Assembly (NCBI RefSeq): GCF_902459465.1
Contig: NC_047071.1
Span: forward strand, 9,176,001 to 9,240,000
Reading direction: 5' to 3'
DNA length: 64,000 nucleotides
Source of the DNA: Asterias rubens
Lineage: Eukaryota
Below, in pieces: positions 62,031 through 64,000 of the stretch. The translations under genes were made by a program, and so were the position numbers. How positions within the stretch are numbered: the first letter of the stretch is position 1; each line of letters begins with the position of its first letter. Under the pieces are notes generated by a model. It did not search any database. It was not told where the DNA came from and saw nothing but the letters and a program-made list of their open reading frames with translations.

Positions 62031-62749
62031 CTAACTTTAAGATATCTTTGCGAAACTATAATTAGCTAATTAGATTACAAAAAAATGCGCAAATGCAAAC
62101 AAAAAATAAAAGCCTGACGTTTCGACCAACCGAGTCTTTTTGAAGGCTAAAATAAAATGTGTGAATGAATTTGGTTTTAGAAACCGCAACCAGCCTACTA
62201 CCCCCCCCCCCCCCGCACACACACACGCACGCACACCCCGCCATGTTTATGGTGCAGACTGAGGACTTATCGTTGTTCTCCCATTATTTGGACATAGTTC
62301 TTCAGACGTCCCCATTGGTTTTGTACACAAAATTTTCCGAGGACTGTCCCCGGTGTGACTTTTTCCCGGATCCCGTTTGTTAAGGTCATCGGTTGTCAAT
62401 AGTAGACATGCCCACACTCATGGTCTCTACATGAAAGGATAACTTACACAAACAAAATTGTATCGAATTGTTGTAATGGGGTACAACTTACAATGGTACG
62501 TTCCACATTAGTTTGTTTACGGAAGAGGTCATCGATTCAAATCTTCCGAGGAGTGTTAATAAAAAACACCAGAACAAAAAAAAAGCGTAATGACGAATGC
62601 CATCGAAACTCAAGCTTTACAAATTTGTGATAATGTATCAAAATTAGAATGTTTATTAGCTAATTATTAAATTATTAGCTTTCTCACTAACAAGTTTTAT
62701 CGCGTGTATTTACAAACGTGATGTTTACTATAGCCAAGAAAGTTAATAA

Positions 62750-63161
62750 TATAGATTTTCTCGGCCAATTTCGGAAAAAGAGCAGCCCATTTAACCGTCA
62801 AGCTATTCTATTTCACGCGAAATCGAATGCTACTGAAATGGGTCATTCGATTTCGTTTTATGACTAGTCAAATGTTATGTTGCATCATTCGATTTAACAA
62901 AATAATCATTCAATTTAACGTCATCAAAGCAGCAGTCAAATTCGCCGTCGCTTCTTGAGGCGTGTGTGTCTCGAAAAAGAATGACGATACACTAAATTGA
63001 ACATAGTGCTAAAGGAATTTGACTCGACTCAAAACGAAATTGAATGGCCGAATTCTGAATTTGAAACGCAGTAACAACTGGAGGGGCAAAGCAGCTTTAA
63101 TTCGAACGCATGAAAATGAAATTGGCTGCTCATTTGCCGAATTTGACTGAGAAAACCTATA
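62750..63161. mobile_element. MITE with imperfect TIRs of about 35 nt
   Basis: tatagattttctcggccaatttcggaaaagagcagcc versus ggctgctcatttgccgaatttgactgagaaaacctata. Confidence 0.65.
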
Positions 63162-63720
63162 GCATTATTAAAATAACTGTACAGATTTCCAAGTCCCGTA
63201 AAACTGATGTTCAATGTGTTTGTGGTTGGAGGTACATGCATTAAAATCAATCGTCTGTGGTTTATTAGCATTTACTACAGCAATCTTGTCACCAGCTTAT
63301 GCTTTCTTAAAGAAACTTGTAAACGGTTCCTCCAAACTTATCTGCTTGAGCTGTGCGCATTTGTCTGTCAATGCCAAGCTCAAGTGATTTGAAAGTTTCC
63401 GGGACTTTCACGTTCACTCCCACGAGGCAGGGTGATCACAGAAACACTGACGTCATTCTCAAAGAACAATGTAGACAGTTTAATCATCTGGATGGCAGCT
63501 GCCAGTCATTGCTAAGGGCGTGGTTAAACAAATATTACAACTAAAAGTGTGTCACACTTAGCATTTCTCACTATTGAATAGTAAAGAGATGTGTTTAAAA
63601 GACCAGAAGTCTTTAAGTAAGACATTTTAATATTTATTTCCCGCCTTGCCTACGCATTCACACGGTTGACAATGACCAGCTGGTTCTCTGGAGAACCTGT
63701 TGTTTTCGGATACTGCGCGC

Positions 63721-63826
63721 TAGTTTTGGTACAAGACGTTTCCCGTTACGGGTGATGCGGGCGCTGTCGGTGAGTTGCTCGCGCTGTGTGTGAAAGGAAA
63801 ACGAGACACGTCTTGTACCAAGACTA
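63721..63826. mobile_element. Academ-like mini-MITE (TAG...CTA termini, 3-bp TSD CGC)
   Basis: cgc-TAGTTTTGGTACAAGACGT...ACGTCTTGTACCAAGACTA-cgc. Confidence 0.75.
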
Positions 63827-63939
63827 CGCAAACGAACGGGTCCGAAAACCGTCGTCTGAGTCATAGAAAGAAGAACTCGTCGCTACCCTTTTATTTCCTC
63901 ATTTATACGCTCGTAATGTGTAACAACCGGGACCAGTGG

Positions 63940-64000
63940 ACCAGTTCTGGATCCTGTAACATGGGTATGGGGTTCAGGTCCCGGTTATGACTCTTGTGTC
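63940..64000 (+). mobile_element. tRNA-derived SINE head, cut by the window end
   Basis: ggggttcaggtcccggttatgactcttgtgtc resembles the other heads. Confidence 0.5.

Noticed and set aside
62111-62150. Hammerhead-like motif on - (AGCCT-tcaaaaa-GAC...GTC-gaaacgtc-AGGCT); a weaker one lies near 53760
   Set aside because: Stems are present but the 7-nt core does not match CUGANGA; at best a dead Penelope-type relic.

Overview
AT-rich eukaryotic genomic DNA with GT-AG introns, tRNA-derived SINEs and many MITEs. The repeat landscape suggests an invertebrate deuterostome, probably a sea star; this is inferred from recalled repeat families, not verified. The core of the window is a co-oriented (+ strand) cluster of six small genes (g1-g6). 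In g2-g6 a 34-43 nt first coding exon carries the start of a signal peptide and ends at a phase-1 intron; g1 shows only the matching phase-1 acceptor, with exon 1 upstream of the window. One large second exon encodes the rest of the signal peptide, a low-complexity extracellular domain and the C-terminus. Four products are type-I single-pass membrane proteins of 216-236 aa with short basic tails. One is a predicted GPI-anchored (GGSQ)n protein whose repeat is flanked by two furin sites. One is a predicted secreted acidic/Thr-rich protein. The ectodomains differ completely in composition (Asp+Thr, Pro, Gly-Ser-Gln, Gly-Val/Gly-Pro, Ser/Glu+Gly-Ala, Gly-Tyr-Arg). The architecture recalls sea-urchin P16-type skeletogenic proteins and, convergently, vertebrate SCPP clusters. 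The ORF track misses the first exons, so these gene models were assembled by hand. The rest of the window holds Kolobok-, Harbinger- and Academ-like MITEs, a THAP-domain relic, SINEs, a Penelope-type minimal hammerhead ribozyme motif and a degenerate 21-nt minisatellite. No prokaryotic features or CRISPR arrays are present.
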